Below are positions 27,334-41,315 of a stretch of DNA of 64,000 nt, piece by piece. The notes under the pieces were generated by a model. It saw only the letters and a list, made by a program, of their open reading frames with translations, did no database searches and had not been told where the DNA came from. The stretch lies in the NCBI GenBank assembly GCA_965112155.1, contig OZ218102.1. One strand, given 5' to 3'. A program made the position numbers and the translations under genes. This stretch comes from Podarcis liolepis (Eukaryota). The number at the start of each line of letters is the position of its first letter. Within the stretch, counting starts at the first letter, position 1.

Positions 27334-29369
27334 GTAGCCAGAATATCTTCCAAACAGTAAATATCACAAAATGCTGCTTGAAAGACTGTATTTTCAATAT
27401 TTTTATGCCTTTTATTTGGATCTAACTTGCCAGTAAAGCAATGGTTTCTATGCTTCAAGCCATCCCCCTTGTTCCCTATTCAGAAAGGGCACAGTAATCT
27501 CATTACAAATTTATCCGAATAAGTGGTATAGATTTTGCTCTGAAAATCCAAGTTTGGTTTCTGGTATCGGGAAAGATTCCATATTATTAATACTGTAAAA
27601 CAGAAGGGATTTGTGGCCAGTGTGAATTTTTGGGAGCTTGTTAGGTTGTGATAATGATAAGGGAGAACAGGATGCACAACTGACTTGTTGCACTTTTTGT
27701 TTCTTATGCTTCCCTATCTTGTCTGAAATTGGTCTTGTGCATCTTTCCCACACAAAGCTTGCATATGTCTCCACTAAGGAAGACATGCAGGATTGATTTT
27801 GAACAAGGCAGAGAAATCTAGGGAGCAGGAAGCACAAGTCAACTGCACATCCTGTCTCCTATCTCTCTCCCCCCCCCCTTCCTCACCACCCATGTACTCA
27901 CACATACATTTTGGCACATGCAAATTAATGTTAAGGTATAGTTACAGGAAAAATCTCAGTATTTCAGAGGTAACAGGACATAATTTATGATAGCCTGTTA
28001 AAGTATTGCAGTAAAGCATATATGGTGTGAAAAGCAGAGAAGCACCAGCCTATTGTTTCATGCTGTTGCCAATACCATACAATTAAGCACTTTGAGAAGA
28101 GGGAAAACATGAAACAAATTACTTCTAAGGCTCAAATAAGGTAGAAAGACCACTTCCCTCCCTGTTAAAAATTACACTGTGTGATAAAATCTTTTATTGA
28201 GGAATTAGCTTGCTCAATTGCTAATCCTGGAGGAAATTCAGTTATCTTCCCAAACGCAGAAATAAACAATCCAAATCTTTAATACTGTGCCAACGCAAGT
28301 AGTTTAGTCTATCGCTCTGGTACCAGAGGCATCAATTTTCATACTCTGTAGTGATTTGAAGTCCCTGAAGTCTTTACTGTATTGCCCTTTCAGCCATTAC
28401 TAAGACATACTATAACTATTCCAAATTCTCTTCCTGGCAGCTGGCCAACAGTCTTCATCACCATCGTCGTCTCCCCACTGCCCCCCACAATCGTCTATTT
28501 CTCCTGAACTTCAAAACATGTCTGTTACATTGTGTGCTAAGTCAATTATTCAGGGAAGAAATTATGCATTACATTGCTAATTGTTTCTGGCTGTTATGCA
28601 GTGGAAGAGCATAACATGTTTCAAGATACCTCTTAAAACAAGAATTAAATTACATGCAACCTACTTCCCAAGTAAATTCAGGACTGAGTGAAAAATCTAT
28701 CCCAAACAATGAGCTTTTTCTCCTTTCTTTGCAAGGCGTAAAATGTACCGATTTGTGCTTGTTTTGTTAGAACATGAGCCGAGTTTCTTCAATTGATTTC
28801 ATTAAGTGAACGTTCCATTTTGTACAATTAAAATTCTTTTCTTATTTCACTATGTGAATTGCTCTCATGGGCCAGATTTCCTAAAGGCTCTCCCAGTTAG
28901 GGCCCACAGAGATCAATGAAAGTTACCAGTGAGGAAGGGGGTTAAAAGCACCAAGGACATGGAGATTAGCATGTATGCTTGTGAAGAGAATAATAGGACA
29001 GAAAATGCTTGTAGGAATTAAATGTACATCTTAAATAAATGAAATAAAACAACACTTTTGCAGGGTGAATGAACAAATACTGAAATCAAATTTGATGCAA
29101 AGTAAGAAAATCATGTTTTTAGAACTCCATTTTTGATTAAAGTGATTGTCAATTAATTTTTTACCAGAATTGGTAGGCCCACCAAAGCTCAGTTAAAATT
29201 GTTTCCATTCAGACATTCCTGAAAGAGACTGCTGCTGTTCATGCCACAGCAGTTTGGCCTTGATGTAGATGGAATCTATGTAGCTGGAATCAGTCATGGC
29301 GCTACCCTCCCCAGGCCAGGTGGAAAAAGGCCTGCAAGGCAGGAAGCTGATCTTCCAGGATTCCCAGCC

Positions 29370-29710
29370 ATTTGAACTGACTCAGATCCTGTGATCATCA
29401 TCTGAGGCCCTTCTTAGTGTGCTTCCTCTGTGAGAGGTCCAGAGGGTGGCAACACAAGAATGGCTCCCCGCTTTTGGAATGCTCTTCCCAAGGAGGCTAA
29501 AGATATGTAACAAAGGGGCCAGGCGAAAACATTCCTCTTCTCCCAGGCCTTTGGCTGATAAAACAATCTATGGTGTTTTAAACTATTTGGGGGTGTTACT
29601 GTTTTTGTTTGTTACTACAGTATGTATTCTTGTGTTTTTATATTGTAAATCACCCTGTGATCTTTGGATGAAGGGTGGTATAGAAATAAATAAATGAATG
29701 AATGAATGAA
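29370..29710 (+). mobile_element. L2-type LINE 3' end with (TAAA/TGAA)n tail
   Basis: ctttggaatgctcttccc...tgtaaatcaccctgtga...aaataaataaatgaatgaatgaa. Confidence 0.65.
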
Positions 29711-30373
29711 GACTACGACGACACATTTAAGGACAGCTGTAAAGGAAGAACTTAATATTTTCCTTCTTGCTATGGTCCAGATTAAAATGTCTTCTCAGAG
29801 GTGTCTGTTTGCATCAGATGAAAATCCCCTACCAAGACTGCTATGATTCTGATTAATATTAACCTCTCATCCCACCCATCCCATTGGATGTGATTTGCAT
29901 TTTTTTAAAAATATGCATGTTGGTTTAAAGACACATAATGTTACACATAACACATACAAAGATGTGTATAATGTCACACCTAGTGTGGCCCTCTCTCCCC
30001 GCTCCAGGTGGGTTGTGCATCTGCAACTCCAAAACCAGAAGGACCAGCATGTGTCATTTCACATTATCAGGAATGCTTCATTCATCCACTTTTGAAGGCA
30101 CCTGCATTAATCAAAACTATGTATGCTCAGCACTATGGTTATTAATTCTCAAGTTCCTGGGTGTCTTTTGCCTCTGAAGGGTTTTGTGAGCATCCCATTG
30201 GGGTTGTGTTGAAGCACTTGGACCAGGTTTCCCCACACATTTACTAGAAAGTATTGCCAACTGTGTTTTACATAGCACATTCTAAAACCTCATTTCATTT
30301 TTCATAGTGAAAACTCTTTGGAGGTCAAAGGCTCCAGTATGGAGCCCTAACAGCCAATAAGAGTCTGTGGCTA

Positions 30374-30508
<135 letters not shown>

Positions 30509-30596
30509 TTAATGTTTTGCTTTAAGATACATAAAGAAATAAAATGCATAGTCCTAACTTCAAACCAATACTGGATGGAACTGCTTCTTTGGTGTA

Positions 30597-30837
30597 GAGT
30601 GGTACTGGTAGTTATGAACTTGATTTGTTCTGGAGGTTTGTTCTTAACCTGAAACTATTCTTAACTAGAGGCATGCTTTCACTAATGGGGCCTCTTGCTG
30701 CCGCTGCGCCGCCAGCACACGATTTCCTTTCTCATCCTGGGGCAAAGTTCTCAACTCGAGATAACTCTTCCAGGTTAGCAGAGTCTGTAACCTGAAGCGT
30801 TTGTAACCTGAGGCATTTGTAACTCAAGGTAGCACGG
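30597..30837. mobile_element. Tc1/mariner (Tigger-like) MITE, diverged
   Basis: TA-flanked. Ends GAGTGGTACT... / ...GTAACTCAAGGTAGCACGG. Repeated GTAACCTGA motifs as in the copy at 15069. Confidence 0.65.
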
Positions 30838-31700
30838 TATTTAAATATTTCTGAAAGTAGCTTCAATAAATATATTGAATCAAAACCTTATGGATTAAGG
30901 TGGTGATGTCTGAATTTTCCAGTGCAACCCTCAGCAATCTATGAGAGCAGACTTTCATTTGAATGTTCATCCCGACATACTACACTTATTAACTTTGTCA
31001 CTTCCCCAGCTAAATGCTTATGGGGGACGAGAACTCTTTTATCCAAGGTTTAGAATCTTGGCTTGATGGAAAGAGGTTTTAAATTGTTCAGCATATTCAA
31101 TGTGTCAGTAAACGTGGCATCATTCCATCTGTGAAAGATCAGATCAGACACAATTCAAGAGACCTAATCCATCAAGGTATGCTTCTGTAATAGTGTGACT
31201 TGAAAGTAGCTGACATGTTTTCAGAAAGATCAGATAAACTGATATGACAGTTATCAAACATAAACTTACATTCTGAAAATGAGATAGGGTCATAAATACC
31301 AAGCTAAAAAAATAAATAGAAAACTGAAATGGCACCATCAGGTTATTCTGCCAAATCAGGAACATTTCCCTGAAAATATGCATCCAAAATATAAATCCTA
31401 AATGACATTTCTAGATGATCATAGATCAATTTGAACATCACTTGTTGACCAAGTAAAGCCATTATGAGATTATTTCGTCCTGTCAAATTCAGATGGTGTA
31501 TTCCTGCCCACTGTCCATATTGACTAGGGCTGGACTCGGAATCTGACAACATCTGGCATGCCAGAGTTGCCCATTCCTGCTCTACATGAAGATAGCTGAT
31601 ATTTGCTGCGACTAGAGGGGGCGTGAATGGAACATGCGGCACATGAAGGAGACAAGGTTAAAACCACATTGTGAGGACTTGACCATGAAAAAGAATACTA

Positions 31701-31892
31701 CAGTGCCAGCCCAATATATGTTGCTGCATGAACTGGAGCCCAGATGGTGCCCCTTCTCCACAAGGACCAACACCTAAAGAGTCTAGCTGCAACATTCAAA
31801 CAAAAATCCCTGCCTTCATCTACACTCCTAGTGCAGCCCTGTGCCATCTGAAGCCGGCTAGTTCACTGTGCTGCATGGTGGGACCAGCTCTG
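31701..31892. mobile_element. hAT MITE
   Basis: Perfect 8-bp TSD GAATACTA (31693-31700, 31893-31900). Degenerate TIRs CAGTGCCAGCCC / GGGACCAGCTCTG. Confidence 0.75.
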
Positions 31893-32006
31893 GAATACTA
31901 CATGAATTAGCTTATGCTTGGGAATATGAAAAACCTTTATTTTTATTTATATGCTACCAAACAGCCATAGCATTGGGGTTTTCAAACAAAGCCAAAGATG
32001 GCTCAT

Positions 32007-32145
32007 GATGGATAGTTCAGACAGTAGAGCATGAGACTCTTAATCTGAGGGTCGGGGGTTCAAGCCCCATGTTGGGAAAAAGATTCCTGCATTGCAGCAG
32101 GTTGGACTAGATAACCCTCGTGGTCTGTTCCAACTCTACAACTCT
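32007..32145 (+). mobile_element. tRNA(Lys)-derived SINE with CR1-type tail (resembles lacertid P.s.1/POMSINE)
   Basis: gtagagcatgagactcttaatctgagggtcgggggttcaagcccc head (A/B boxes), CR1-like tail, TSD ATGGCTCAT/ATGGCTTAT. Confidence 0.8.
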
Positions 32146-33567
32146 ATGGCTTATTCTATTATTATATAAAATACCTGTAGAGTGCCAGTTGCATCATCCA
32201 TCAAGCAAGCACTGTGAATGCACAACCAGCATTAATAAATGCAGAGCTTGTGCAAATGGCTTGGGCCTTTATTTGGGATCTAATGATCTAATATAATGAT
32301 ACCAGCCAGAGTAGAAGACAACAGAGCTTGTCAAAAGCAACATTGTTCAGATAAATGCAAACTTGTGATACAGTGGTTTTGTCTAAATCAGCAGATTCCA
32401 TGTCTATTTCATGACGTTTACATGGGATTGCTGTTGCCTCTGGAGTACACAGATGGCGATCATAAGGGAATACTTCCAAACTTTTCTGAATGGAGCTACC
32501 ATGAAGGTAGGCTTGGCTCAGTATCAATTCCTTCACAACTGTCTAAACATAATGAAGGGCAAGAGTATTGTAAAGGAATAGGTCTGTTTTAAAAATTCCA
32601 TACAGAAACCTAGTCCCACGCAAATAAAGAAAGTGGTAAAATTGACTATGCCAGATCAGAAATAGCTTTTAGTCTAGTCAATTTCATTCTTTGGAGGGTG
32701 GGGAGAGAATAAGAAAATATCTGGGATGTTGGGGCATTGTTGAGAGAGGTACATGTGCACTCCCCCCCCCCCTTTAAAAGTGACAGGAGTGCATAATCAT
32801 TTATCCTTCAACCTACTAAAATAAATTAACAACAAGACTCAATATTATTTCAGACATGGGTGCGTATTAACTGTGTTACTGGTCAAGGGCATTATCCAGA
32901 ACATTCACTATTTAAATTGTAACAAATTTTCCAATTCACATTTGCACCATAATGATGTGTGAAATTCATTAAATTCTGAGGTCAACAGAAAAGCTCTCTC
33001 TGAGTCTAACAACTGGTCTGCCACTTAGGACCTGAAAGGCTACAGATGTCTATAAGATGGATCCAAACTCTGAGACAAAACTTCCATTGATTTCTTTAGG
33101 ACAACGTTGATTTGAGCCAAATATTTGCAGTGACGACTCAGTTTTTTTAACACATCTAATCATTCACAGATCTTGTGGAATTTCCCTTCTGGCATTATCA
33201 AAGGAAAGACCAAGTGAAAAACAGTCTTGCAGTTCATGATCAGAAAAAAATTATGAAGGAAAAGATCGTGTATTAATATAAAGGTGATGAGGAAATTTTG
33301 GAACAAGGCAGCGTATGTAATGTTTTGGCCTCATTTATCAAGCGCAAGGTAATGCAGGACAAATTTCTCCTGTAATTGCAAACAAACACAGAATCAAACA
33401 CTATGACCATGTCTTGCTGAATAAAAAACCTTTTAAAATGCCAGTGACCCACCATAATCCCTATTCATCATCCAATCTTGAGTAATTTCTAAAATAAACA
33501 GCAGCGGCTTGCAAGAGAAGAGAGATATTAAGAGAGGCTGTTGTGGGTAATTAGCTTGGAGAGTTTA

Positions 33568-33789
<222 letters not shown>

Positions 33790-34630
33790 TTAGCACAATC
33801 TGGTCAACAAAGAGCTCCATTTTAAAAAGTGTACTATTGAAAACTCTGCTTTTCTTTTTTAACTAGAAGAAACAATAAAAGTTGTTGCTATTTCAATGTA
33901 CAATATTTATTCCACCTTGTTATTATATGCTGATAAGGAAATATTACCAACATAAACTGGTCTCAAGCCAGTTTAACTGATACTACATTTCTGAGATACT
34001 ACAGCTTTGTTAGAGGTAACACAACCTTCTTACTGATTTACAGTATAATTCACAAAAGAAAAAAGCAGTTACACATAAATCAGTTTATGTTTCTAGCCTG
34101 TCATCCAATTTTCTAGTGGCCATCTTGCTCCATGAAAATTAGCGCTGAGCCTCCACCTTGGACTAATTCAAGGCTTTACTGTTGTTACTCTATGTGTGTA
34201 GATAGGTTTGTATAATGCCACAAAAGATAATATTTTCCTGTTTAATAGTCTGTAATCATAATAAATCCATCCATCCTCTGCAGGCACCCTCCCACTTACG
34301 TGCATCTGGGTCACAATTAAATAATAAATAAATAAATAGGCCTTCCCTTGCTCGCTGCTGCTGCTGCTGCCTGGAAGTTGCCTGAGTGAGGGAAGGTTTG
34401 CCTTCGATCAACCATTAGGACAGGGTGGGAGGCACCTTCTCCCAGCCATGTGTCTGCACCCCCATCCCGTCACCAGTTCTGCTTGGCAGCCTTCTTGGCC
34501 CTTGCCCTCTGTGGCCAGCTGCTGCCACGACACACACTAGCTCCCCATAGGCAGGCAGGCTTGGGACAGGCCAGGCAGTGGTCCTGAGTAATTTCCAGGA
34601 TGCCTCTCTCTGTGTGTTAAGGAGCTATGC

Positions 34631-34929
34631 CAGGGGTTGACAACCTAAAGGCCATGGGCCACAAGCGGCCCATGGACCCCCGCCACCCGCTCAGTCGGCT
34701 CCCATGCGCCGTGCAGAGCAGAGCAGGGATCGCCTTCCACGACGCTGGCTGGCTTCCCATTGGCTGCAAGAAGCTCCTACAGCCAATGGGAAGCTGTGCA
34801 CGCCTCCCCAGCACCAGAAGGAGCGCCGTAAATAGCATTTGCGCATGCTTGTGTGCACGCACTCCGGCCCACCGTGGCATCTGCGGGGCCGTGAACCAGC
34901 CCAAGCCACAATTTTTTTGCTGACCCCTG
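34631..34929. mobile_element. hAT MITE
   Basis: TIR CAGGGGTTGACAA / TTGCTGACCCCTG. TSD AGCTATGC/AGCTACGC. Internal hairpin gcttcccattggctg...cagccaatgggaagc. Confidence 0.85.
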
Positions 34930-37092
34930 AGCTACGCAATGGTGCACATATATGGTTCTGGATACAGAGCTATGTAGAGTAAATAAGGTATATCCACCCA
35001 GTTATGCTGCCTGCTTCTTTTTGCCCCATCAGAACAAAATTCAGCAAGATGTCAATCACATTTAGTTAGGTCAGTGTTCCAGAGACAGGGAAATGACATA
35101 AATTTTTTATCACCTCCAAAGCAATGCTTTTCAGTGGTGTTAGTTCACACATTCAGCTGCCAATTATCATGTGTACAGTAAGAAGGAGTAATCAAGTGAT
35201 GAACCTGTATACCTGAACCAGTCCTTATCTCTAGTTCTGCACCCTGATAAGAGTTTTATGTGTGACTGGAAGATTACACCTAATGAAGCTATTCCAGACT
35301 TTTTTTGAATACATAAATACGTAAATAAAAAGAGTATGAATCCAGACATAAGAATGTGAAATAGTTGCAGAAGTATTAATAGTAGCCAAAGTGTCAACTC
35401 GGTGCTACATGCTTCACAAAAGCATAAGCAACCAAGGCTCCTATCCTAACTGCACTTACTTTGGAGTAAGTTCCACTGAACACAGTCCAACTTGTGCAAT
35501 AGTACTGTGTGCCCCTAAGAATAAGGTAGCAGTGGAGATACAGGCATTTACAATGAGTAGAAGAGATGCATGCCTAGAAGGTGAAGCAAAGGTTCTTCAG
35601 GAAAGGCTTACACCTGCAGCCTCTGCTTGATGGAAAAGTACAGGATGCCGTTGCAAATAATGAAGTGTTCAAATTACTCTGTATCTTCAAGATTAATGTA
35701 TAATAGCCTTAATAATTTTCTCATTTCAACACTGAACTGACAACTAATAATATTACTCAGATTGAAAGAAGTTCGTAGAATCACACCCTTTGTCCTGAAT
35801 GATTACAGAATTGCCTTAGGGTAAGCCTACTCCCCCCCCCACCAATCCTAATTATGACCATTTTGCAGAAAACCCAATATAGTAAATAAGGTTTAGTTCA
35901 TGAGCCCGGGAATCTGTGAACTGATTTTCTTCTCGCTTACATTGCACTTACTTACACAAAAGTGGCTCCATCAGGCTCAGTGTTACTCATCATTCAGAGA
36001 AATATATATGGAAGAAGACTTATTTGGCTTACATTTTTCATACTAAGATACAATATAAATATAGTAATTTGGTTTGCACTTTCTCTTTTTAGTCCAAAAT
36101 AAATGCCTGCTCATTTCCTTGAAATGACTATTCATATTCTGCTTAGCGCTGGTATTTTTCTCTCCTTTTCGCCCGTAGCCTGCTCTTCCATTCCATGCTC
36201 AGACTTCTAATGCTCACTACAAATTGCAATGTACAGGGTTCCACTGCCAATTTGCCAAATGTCTTTCATCAAACATTGTGAAAAAAAGAAAAAAAATCTC
36301 AGAGGAAAGTCAAGATACATTTACTTGTCAGGAGACAAATGGGAAAGCAGAGGGAAGCAGTAAGGGCTGGAAGCTCTGGGTTTTGATTCATAATCACTCA
36401 GCTGCTAAAACATTCTCCACAGATGCAAGTGGACAGGGCATTTGTCAATATGAAGGGTTGTGACGGGTACTGATCGTAGGGCCAAGATATGTAATGATGA
36501 TGCTGGTTGGAGTAGGAGGCAATTCCATCCTAGAAGAGCAATGTCATTATCAGCCTACAGAGTTCAGCATTATCATAACATTTATTTTTCACTCCTTCCT
36601 ATTTCTCCTTTCCCCCAGAATAAATCTGCCATTTTATTTCTCATTGCATTTAATCACTTCTAATTGTTTGCTAAGAGAAATAATTTTGCTGTTTTACTAT
36701 TGCCTGTGATGGAGGGATGGAAGCAGGGAAATGGTTTTTGGCCTTCTGGCAGATTAGTAGTGACACATGGCTTAGGAGTAAGGTACCACCTATTTCTAGT
36801 TTCATGGGGGGACATGCATCTGGGAGGATGAGGAACGGCTTAGTTATATATTTAAATATTTGAGTCAGTCTCATTACCAAGTGCTTTTAAAACTGTGCTT
36901 GGGTCAACATTCTTCCTTCCCACAGATCCCAGCATTAGTTGGTTAACCTATTGTCCTTTTCCTGTTTGAAATGGCTTTATCAAGCAATTGCCGTAGCTTT
37001 AAGACTTGGTTCTGATCTATTCTAAGGCATGCATGTACTAGTCATTGTATACAAACCAGAGCTGATTTCTTAGTATGTGTGTTTCACTAATC

Positions 37093-37305
37093 CAGTGGCG
37101 GAGGTTCATGCTCCGGCACCGGGGAGTGGAGAGCAGGCGGGGGCGTGGCTGGCGTGCGTCCCGGGGGGCGTGGCTTATGTCCTGAGGGTGTGCCACCTGC
37201 GGGGCATGGCGCCCAGCGCGGGGGGGGGGGCAGCCGCGATGGCACCCCACCGGGATTGCGTTGCTGGGGGTGGTGTGCTCCCCCCACCCCCCTCCTCCAC
37301 CAGTG
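37093..37305. mobile_element. GC-rich hAT MITE
   Basis: TIR CAGTGGCGGAGG / CCTCCACCAGTG. TSD CACTAATC/CACTGATC. Confidence 0.8.
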
Positions 37306-39149
37306 CACTGATCCTGCCTGCCTAGTTAATGCACATCAGACTTGTAGCAGCTGCACAGACAATATATGGCAGTTTTATGAGGCTTGCCAGTCCACCCAAC
37401 CCCAGGATCCTATCGCCAGTCACATGCTTATGTTGCTTCCAATGGCTGCTAGTGCAGCCATTCCTGGTTGCATCACTTCCTGCTTACTTATATATTCAAA
37501 TACTTCTTTGCTGCATTCTCTTCTATTTAACACAGCACTTGTAGCTGCTTACTGCAAAGCTAAAAATATACATCCCACAATAAAAACAGCCAACTAAGAA
37601 TCCCATAGTTAACCAACAATGCAAGTGTTTATAACATTAAAATAGACCTCAGGAAAAGTATTCTGGAAAAGCTAAGCTTTCACCTGGTGACATAGAATCA
37701 ACAGAGAGGAAACCTGACACACCTCACCATAATGTTGGTGACATGATAGAGAAGGCCAAGCCCCAAACTCTCACACTCCTCACCTATGTGAATAATGGGC
37801 CATGGAACCAAGAAGGCAATAAATAAACAAATTCTCCAAAGTGCCTGAATTTATTATTATGTTTTAGAAACAGATTTAGTTCTCTAGGGGCAATCTGAGA
37901 GTAAGTCACTTTCAATATAGGGGATTCCTGAATTAAAACATGGAACACAGCCAGCTGATCTAAGGGCTCAGGAAAGAACCTATGGGAGTGGCATTCTTTA
38001 AGGTGCAACCAGCATTAGCAAAAGAAAAAGGTATGACTGCAATCTACTTGATGGGTCAGTTGGTGAGCCTGATGTGCCCATAGGCTGCCTGTCAGGGAAT
38101 TGGCATAATAAAATTTAATCAACATGAAACGGCCAGCTTAATCCTCTGCCTTGAAAACCAGCCCAAACAGGGCTTACATACAGTAGGACAACATAAGATG
38201 AACAATTCATTCTGAGCAATCCGTGAAGAATATAATTAGTGAGTGATGTTTATAGCAGATTAATCCATACAGAATTAAAGAGTGTGCATTTGCAGAAATA
38301 TTCCAGGGTCATTCAGTAGCAGCATCTGAAAGAGGACATAAAGCTAAAGGGGGAACTAAAACTTATAAGGAAGGTGATGCTGCCACTAAAAATGGCAGCC
38401 CTAGGTTGAGTCTCCTTCCAACCTGGTAGCATCTATCTCACTTTCCCCCGTCTTGACATGATGCTGGGTGTTTCTTTACCTAACCGGCTGCCACTGGCAG
38501 AGGTGGTGAAACATGTTAAGTTACTGCATCAGGATTCAGAGTAAGTTGTACTGGATGTTAAAGGGCAAGAATCAAACTCATTTTAACAGCATCCCCATAT
38601 GTAACATAATGCTTAGTTCTTCCTTAAGGGGCATGCTTGAAATCAGTTGCATTCCCCTTTATTTTTGAAATAGACCTGAAATAAACTGGGAATAAAAGTG
38701 AAGTGACAAGGATGGAGGAGATTACCAGCTTCTTTCTTCTGCTTGCCTACAGCCCTTTTGCCCATTTGTATTCTCTCCTCTCACTGCTGAGAACCACTGG
38801 AGCAGCATGAAAGCTATCAGTGCAGCCTTCCTTTAATCTTCTTAGTGCCTGCTAGGGTAGCTCTTTGCCTCAGCCAAGGCAAAAGGTCATTGTTTCCCCA
38901 TCTGAACAGATGTTCCCAGACAAAGAAAACCAAGGAAAGGTTGCTGAGGCAGAACTCGGGTCTAGAGGACATATCAGCAGTTGAAGGGGAAGGAAACTCT
39001 ACAAGAATGTCATAGCTATATAACAATGGCTGCTAACAAAAACGCAGACCATCAGAATGTGAATGGTCCGTGCTTAGTTTCCAAAAATAGAAGGGCAAGT
39101 TGTTCAGGTCAAGCCCAGGAATCGCTCCCTCTGACCTGGAACACTATTA

Positions 39150-39395
39150 TTGCTACTACTACTACTATTCTGCATTTACATAGCACTTTTTGTTAGCATT
39201 CATAGTGCTTCACATACATCATCTCAGTAACCATTAAAGTACAGTGGGCCAGTAGCATTATTCTCATGTCGCAGATGATGGTTGAAGCTAGAAGACAGTG
39301 ACTTTCCTTGGGCTAGCGAGTGAGTCCATGGCTGAGGCAACATTTGTGCTTGAAGGATTCCTGGCTCATAGGTTATACTTTTCTCTACTGCATTG
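39150..39395 (-). mobile_element. Old MIR-like SINE (bounds approximate)
   Basis: tactattctgcatttacatagcac...gtgcttcacatacatcatctcag...gctgaggcaacatttg, MIR-core-like. Confidence 0.55.
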
Positions 39396-39465
39396 CTCCA
39401 ACTGTCAAAAGAAGGAAGCCCTGGTTTGCTATTCCGAGATATGTGAAAATAGTGATGACATAGTG

Positions 39466-39601
39466 CAGGGTTTCTCAAACTTGGGTCTCCAGCTGTTTTG
39501 GGGCTACAACTCCCATCATCCCTAGCTAGTAGGACCAGTGGTCAAGGATGGTGGGAATTGTAGTCCAAAAACAGCTGGAGACCCAAGTTTGGGAAACCCT
39601 G
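39466..39601. mobile_element. hAT MITE (URR1-like fold-back)
   Basis: Near-perfect 136-bp hairpin CAGGGTTTCTCAAACTTGGGTCTCCAGCTG / CAGCTGGAGACCCAAGTTTGGGAAACCCTG. Perfect TSD ACATAGTG. Confidence 0.92.
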
Positions 39602-40827
39602 ACATAGTGGCATAAGAAAAGCATTCTGCAAAAGCTTTATATATGTACACATTCATTCATTAATTCATAAATGCATACATGCTATTACATCGCAAATTCC
39701 AGGGTGGAGCTCAGGTGTGAATAGCAGGACAAAAGATTATACTCCCAGTCAACACTGACTCAAATTAATCACAGGAATTCTGGCAGGGGTGGTTTCCTGC
39801 CCAGTTACTGAAAATCCTTTATAGCAAGAATTTTCATGCATGTGCTCTACCACTGAGCAAAATATTTGAACCTTTTGGTATAGGAAGCTGCATGATCAAT
39901 GATATCAGACTGTGAACACTAAGAAATGTAAACTTAGAGAAATTATCTCAAAACATGAACAGGAACTACAAAAGGAAATAATTGCTTCATAACTTTTAAG
40001 GCAGTATTTTTATTTTTAAAAACCTGCACAATAAATATATGGAGTTCAATGTCATACTGTGTTGTAACGGGCAATAGCATAGTTAACTCTTTGCAGAATT
40101 AAAGGGGGACAGGTCAGTCAAGAAGATACTTCTTTTAATTTAGAGAAAAGAGTCTTTTGGATAATGAATAGTTAAACTGATTTTTTTGTGGGGGTGGGGC
40201 TGCATGAAACTGGAAGCAAATTTCCATCACATTTTAAAAGTATTTTTAGTTTTTTGGCAAAGAACTTGTATTCATGTACTCAAAACTTTATGTCATATTA
40301 TGTAGAATATAGGCTTAATATCTACACAGGCGGTATGGAGTCATTCTTTTCTGAAAATTGTACTTGGGCCCTCTTACATGGAAACTCTTTCCCTGCTCAT
40401 AGATGTGCAGAGTTTTGTTTTATTTTTTAGAGGACGAGACAATATCACTCTGCACAAGTATAATGCCACACTTTCCTAAATAAGTGCCATACAAGTCATC
40501 TTATGATGAAAACAGCATGGTTAAAAATGTCAGCCCTGCTAAGTCAAAATGTTACCAGCCACCACTGCCCACTTCAGTTGCCTGAGTTCCTGCTGGTACA
40601 CAGACACACATGCACCCCCCCCCCAAAAAAAACCCAAATCTCCCCTGGGACCGCAGGAACAGAGAATATGGAGAGTCAGGCAGGATCTTCAGAGTTATCA
40701 CTAGTAAATGAGTATATTTGGGAGGAGGGGGACAGGCTAACTGAGAGCCATGAAGCAATGGAGCCTCCCAGCCTGAGCTGATTCGCTGTTGAAGGAACAG
40801 CTCTCTTCCAGGCAGCAAGGTATAAGG

Positions 40828-40969
40828 CAGGCTTCCTCAACCTCCAAATGTTTTGAGACTACAATTTGAAACTACAATTCCCAGCATCCCTGACCACTGG
40901 TCCTGCTAGCTAGGAATCATGGGAGTTGTAAGCCAAAAACATCCGGAGGGTCGAGGTTGAGGAAGCCTG
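40828..40969. mobile_element. hAT MITE (URR1-like fold-back)
   Basis: TIR CAGGCTTCCTCAACCT / AGGTTGAGGAAGCCTG. TSD GTATAAGG, right copy interrupted by a mariner MITE. Confidence 0.88.
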
Positions 40970-40972
40970 GTA

Positions 40973-41315
40973 CAGTGGTGCCTCGCAAGACGAAAAGAAT
41001 CCGTTCTGTGATTCTCTTCGTCTAGCGGTTTTTTCGTCTTGCGAAGCAAGCCCATTGAAGGATTAGCGGATTAGCGCTATTAGCGCTACTAGCGGCTTTT
41101 AGCGGCTTATCTGCTGATCGGATCAGCTGATAAGCGGCTTAGCGGCTTAGAAAAAGGGGGGGAGGGAAAAAAACCAGCAGGAACTCGCAAGACATTGTCG
41201 TCTTGCGAAGCAAGCCCATAGGAAATTCGTTTTGCGAAGCACCTCCAAAACGGAAAACTCTTTCGTCTAGCGAGTTTTCCGTCTTGCGAGGCATTCGTCT
41301 TGCGGGGCACCACTG
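40973..41315. mobile_element. Tc1/mariner (Tigger-like) MITE with internal TTAGCG tandem repeats
   Basis: TA|CAGTGGTGCCTCGCAAGACGAA ... TTCGTCTTGCGGGGCACCACTG|TA. Same family as 26865. Confidence 0.9.

Noticed and set aside
27715-27723. GACAAGATA (EVI1 N-terminal finger site) as a possible autoregulatory element
   Set aside because: A single 9-mer is expected about 0.5 times by chance in 64 kb on both strands, and nothing else supports it.
31607-31624. CTCF-like motif (cgactagagggggc), and a similar one at ~19964
   Set aside because: Mismatches at core positions; not supportable from sequence alone.
32007-32085. tRNA-Lys-like sequences here and at 63348 and 46493
   Set aside because: Degenerate stems followed by LINE-derived tails, so SINE heads rather than tRNA genes.
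37038-37597. GC-rich CpG patch with ORFs up to 150 aa (possible promoter or gene)
   Set aside because: Explained by the hAT MITE 37093-37305. The same applies to the GC-rich ORFs at 34617-34939 and 45766-46465.
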